The notes under the pieces are model-generated. The model saw nothing but the letters and a program-made list of their open reading frames with translations, searched no databases and was not told the origin of the DNA. The position numbers and the translations under genes are program-made. DNA of 64,000 nucleotides, from assembly GCA_001302985.1 (NCBI GenBank), contig LJNG01000002.1, positions 7,164 to 71,163 of the forward strand. The letters are read 5' to 3'. This document shows, piece after piece, positions 62,284 through 64,000 of this stretch (positions are counted from its first letter, which is position 1; every line of letters begins with the position of its first letter). Origin of the DNA: Parcubacteria bacterium DG_74_3. Its GTDB lineage: Bacteria; Patescibacteriota; Minisyncoccia; Minisyncoccales; DG-74-3.

Positions 62284-63372
62284 TTATTCGAGTCCTCGCA
62301 ATGCCATGCCCACGGCGATAGCAAAAGATGGACCCATTTGTTTTAAAGTATTTTCTAAAATCGGGGGGTAAAACATGCTGGAAAAGGGGTCAGCGATTTG
62401 AATTTCCTTTTTGAAAAAATCTTGAAAATGTTCTTTTAAACCAGGCAGCAGGGCCGTTCCGCCAGCTAATATAATTTTCTCAACCTCTTTTCCTTCGATT
62501 TGAGAAAAACTCTGACAAACCCTTTCAATTTCTCTCAAGATTACATCAATTAGGGGTGTTAAAATTTCCCTGATTTCTTTTCCCTTTCCATTTTCTCCTC
62601 TTTGCTCCCTCAAAAGACCATATTCCTTTTTCAGGACCCCTGCTTCTTCATAGTCAATACCTAATCCTTTTGAAACAACCTCGGTTAACTCGTTTCCCGA
62701 AAGATCAAAACTGTGGGATGTTTTTAAAATTTTTTTCTCAACAATGCTGCAGGTGGTAGTCTGGGCTCCGATATCAACCAGAGCTAGGGGTTGGGTAATT
62801 TCTTCTCCCACCAAAGAACGTAAAAGACCAAACGCCTCGGCCTCTAAGGCTCGGAGTTCAAGATTGGAAATTTCAGCTATGGTTTGATATTGATGAATGA
62901 CTTCGTTGGGGACAGCTACCAAAAGAATTTTTGATTTTTTTTGTTTCTGATTGGTGGGACCTTCAATAACCTGCCAGTCAAGAGCAACCTCTCCGAAGGG
63001 AACGGGAACATGCCTTTTAGCCTCGTAAAGAACTGCCTGCGATAATTCTTCTTGACTCATTGGTGGTAATTCAAAATTGGTAAAGAAGCTAGAGAAGTCA
63101 GGAATGGAAAAAATCACTTGGCGAGTTTTAATTTTAGCTTCTTCAAGAATGGCTTTTATCGCCCGGGAAATATTTTGATTGGAGAGAGAAAGGGTGCTCT
63201 TTTCAAATGTTCTAAAGGGTTCTTTATAAAGCGCAGAGGCCTTTATTTCACCATAATTTTCCAGTTTTTTTCTTTCACCCCAGCGTGACAGCTCTATAAG
63301 CTTAATCGAAGATGTCCCGATATCTATCCCCAAGAATCTTTTAGGAATTATTTTAAAGGGTTCCAAAACCAT
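62284..63372 (-). CDS. pilM: Type IV pilus assembly protein PilM
   Basis: LGIDIGTSSIK, VDIGAQTT, ILAGGTA..PGL, AIAVGMALR. Confidence 0.92.
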   Translation of the reverse strand: MVLEPFKIIPKRFLGIDIGTSSIKLIELSRWGERKKLENYGEIKASALYKEPFRTFEKSTLSLSNQNISRAIKAILEEAKIKTRQVIFSIPDFSSFFTNFELPPMSQEELSQAVLYEAKRHVPVPFGEVALDWQVIEGPTNQKQKKSKILLVAVPNEVIHQYQTIAEISNLELRALEAEAFGLLRSLVGEEITQPLALVDIGAQTTTCSIVEKKILKTSHSFDLSGNELTEVVSKGLGIDYEEAGVLKKEYGLLREQRGENGKGKEIREILTPLIDVILREIERVCQSFSQIEGKEVEKIILAGGTALLPGLKEHFQDFFKKEIQIADPFSSMFYPPILENTLKQMGPSFAIAVGMALRGLE

Positions 63373-63468
63373 AATTTTACTTTCGCTTTCTCCTATTATA
63401 TCATTTTAAAAGAAAATGGCTAAGTATTACAATCTTTCTTTTTCTGGTACTTAATATAATATGATAAC

Positions 63469-64000
63469 ATGAACAAAAAATTTTTTCTTGACCTTTTATT
63501 TCCTCGGTTTTGTTTCGGTTGTCAAAAAGAAGGAAGCTATCTTTGTGAAGATTGTCAGAATATTCTGGGAATCTTAGAATCCCACCAAACTTATTCAGGA
63601 AAGAATCTTAAGGATTTATATTGGGCAACACCATATCAGAATCCCTTGATGAAAAAATTAATCCATTGTTTCAAATATGAACCCTTTTTGAAAGAACTAT
63701 CAAAGTCTCTCTCTTTGCTCATCATAAATCATTTTCAGTTAATTGAAAAGCAACCCGATTTTTCTGAGTTTATTTTAATTCCGGTGCCCCTCTATAAAAA
63801 AAGATTAAAGTGGCGGGGTTTCAATCAGGCAGAAGAAATAGGAAAAGAAGTTTCTGAATTTTTAAAAATTCCTCTAATTTCAAATTGCTTATTAAAAATA
63901 AAAGAGACCCCGCCTCAAATTGAACTCTTAGAGACCGAAAGAAAAGAAAGTGTTTTGGGGGTCTTTTGGGTAAAAAAAGAGGAGATAGAGGAAGAAAAAA
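63469..64000 (+). CDS. comF: ComF family competence protein (partial, runs off the window end)
   Basis: Not in the ORF track. Hand translation: MNKKFFLDLLFPRFCFGC..LCEDC...IHCFKY...IPVPL...RGFNQAEEI. Confidence 0.88.
   Translation, partial: MNKKFFLDLLFPRFCFGCQKEGSYLCEDCQNILGILESHQTYSGKNLKDLYWATPYQNPLMKKLIHCFKYEPFLKELSKSLSLLIINHFQLIEKQPDFSEFILIPVPLYKKRLKWRGFNQAEEIGKEVSEFLKIPLISNCLLKIKETPPQIELLETERKESVLGVFWVKKEEIEEEK

Overview
An AT-rich, gene-dense bacterial chromosome segment using genetic code 11. It most resembles Patescibacteria/CPR (Parcubacteria-like): short RpoB, Lys-rich RpoD N-terminus, GroEL ending MPPMPTGY, a type IV pilus locus with no PilQ, and few Shine-Dalgarno sites. That placement is inference. 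Contents in order: (1) 1-6.3 kb, an 11-gene minus-strand metal/Fe-S handling operon (DUF5320, Cys-rich peptide, three NifB/NifX domains including a CDF fusion and an IssA-like protein, two ferredoxin-containing MinD-like ATPases, ZnuC/ZnuB, DUF134, NicO-like permease) with a near-consensus sigma70 promoter overlapped by a 20-bp palindrome; (2) 6.3-11.7 kb, small genes, palindromic repeats, a candidate structured RNA and tRNA-Asn; (3) rpoD-dnaG; (4) a GT4 x3 + kinase / glycoside hydrolase + MscS cluster beside tRNA-Ser; (5) groESL with a CIRCE-like site, uvrA/uvrC, secG, an OppA-like protein with an inserted peptidoglycan-binding domain, sugar-nucleotide genes, tRNA-Leu abutting rnj, trpS, pgm, ychF-rpsF-ssb-rpsR, recA, ftsK, rpoBC (with a 110-bp duplication of the rpoC 3' end), rodA, ligA; (6) a type IV pilus/competence locus and partial comF. 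A recurring AAAGGTCG motif lies 26-38 nt upstream of several start codons. No CRISPR array, integrase, transposase or rRNA was seen. All calls come from reading motifs by eye; no database searches were run.
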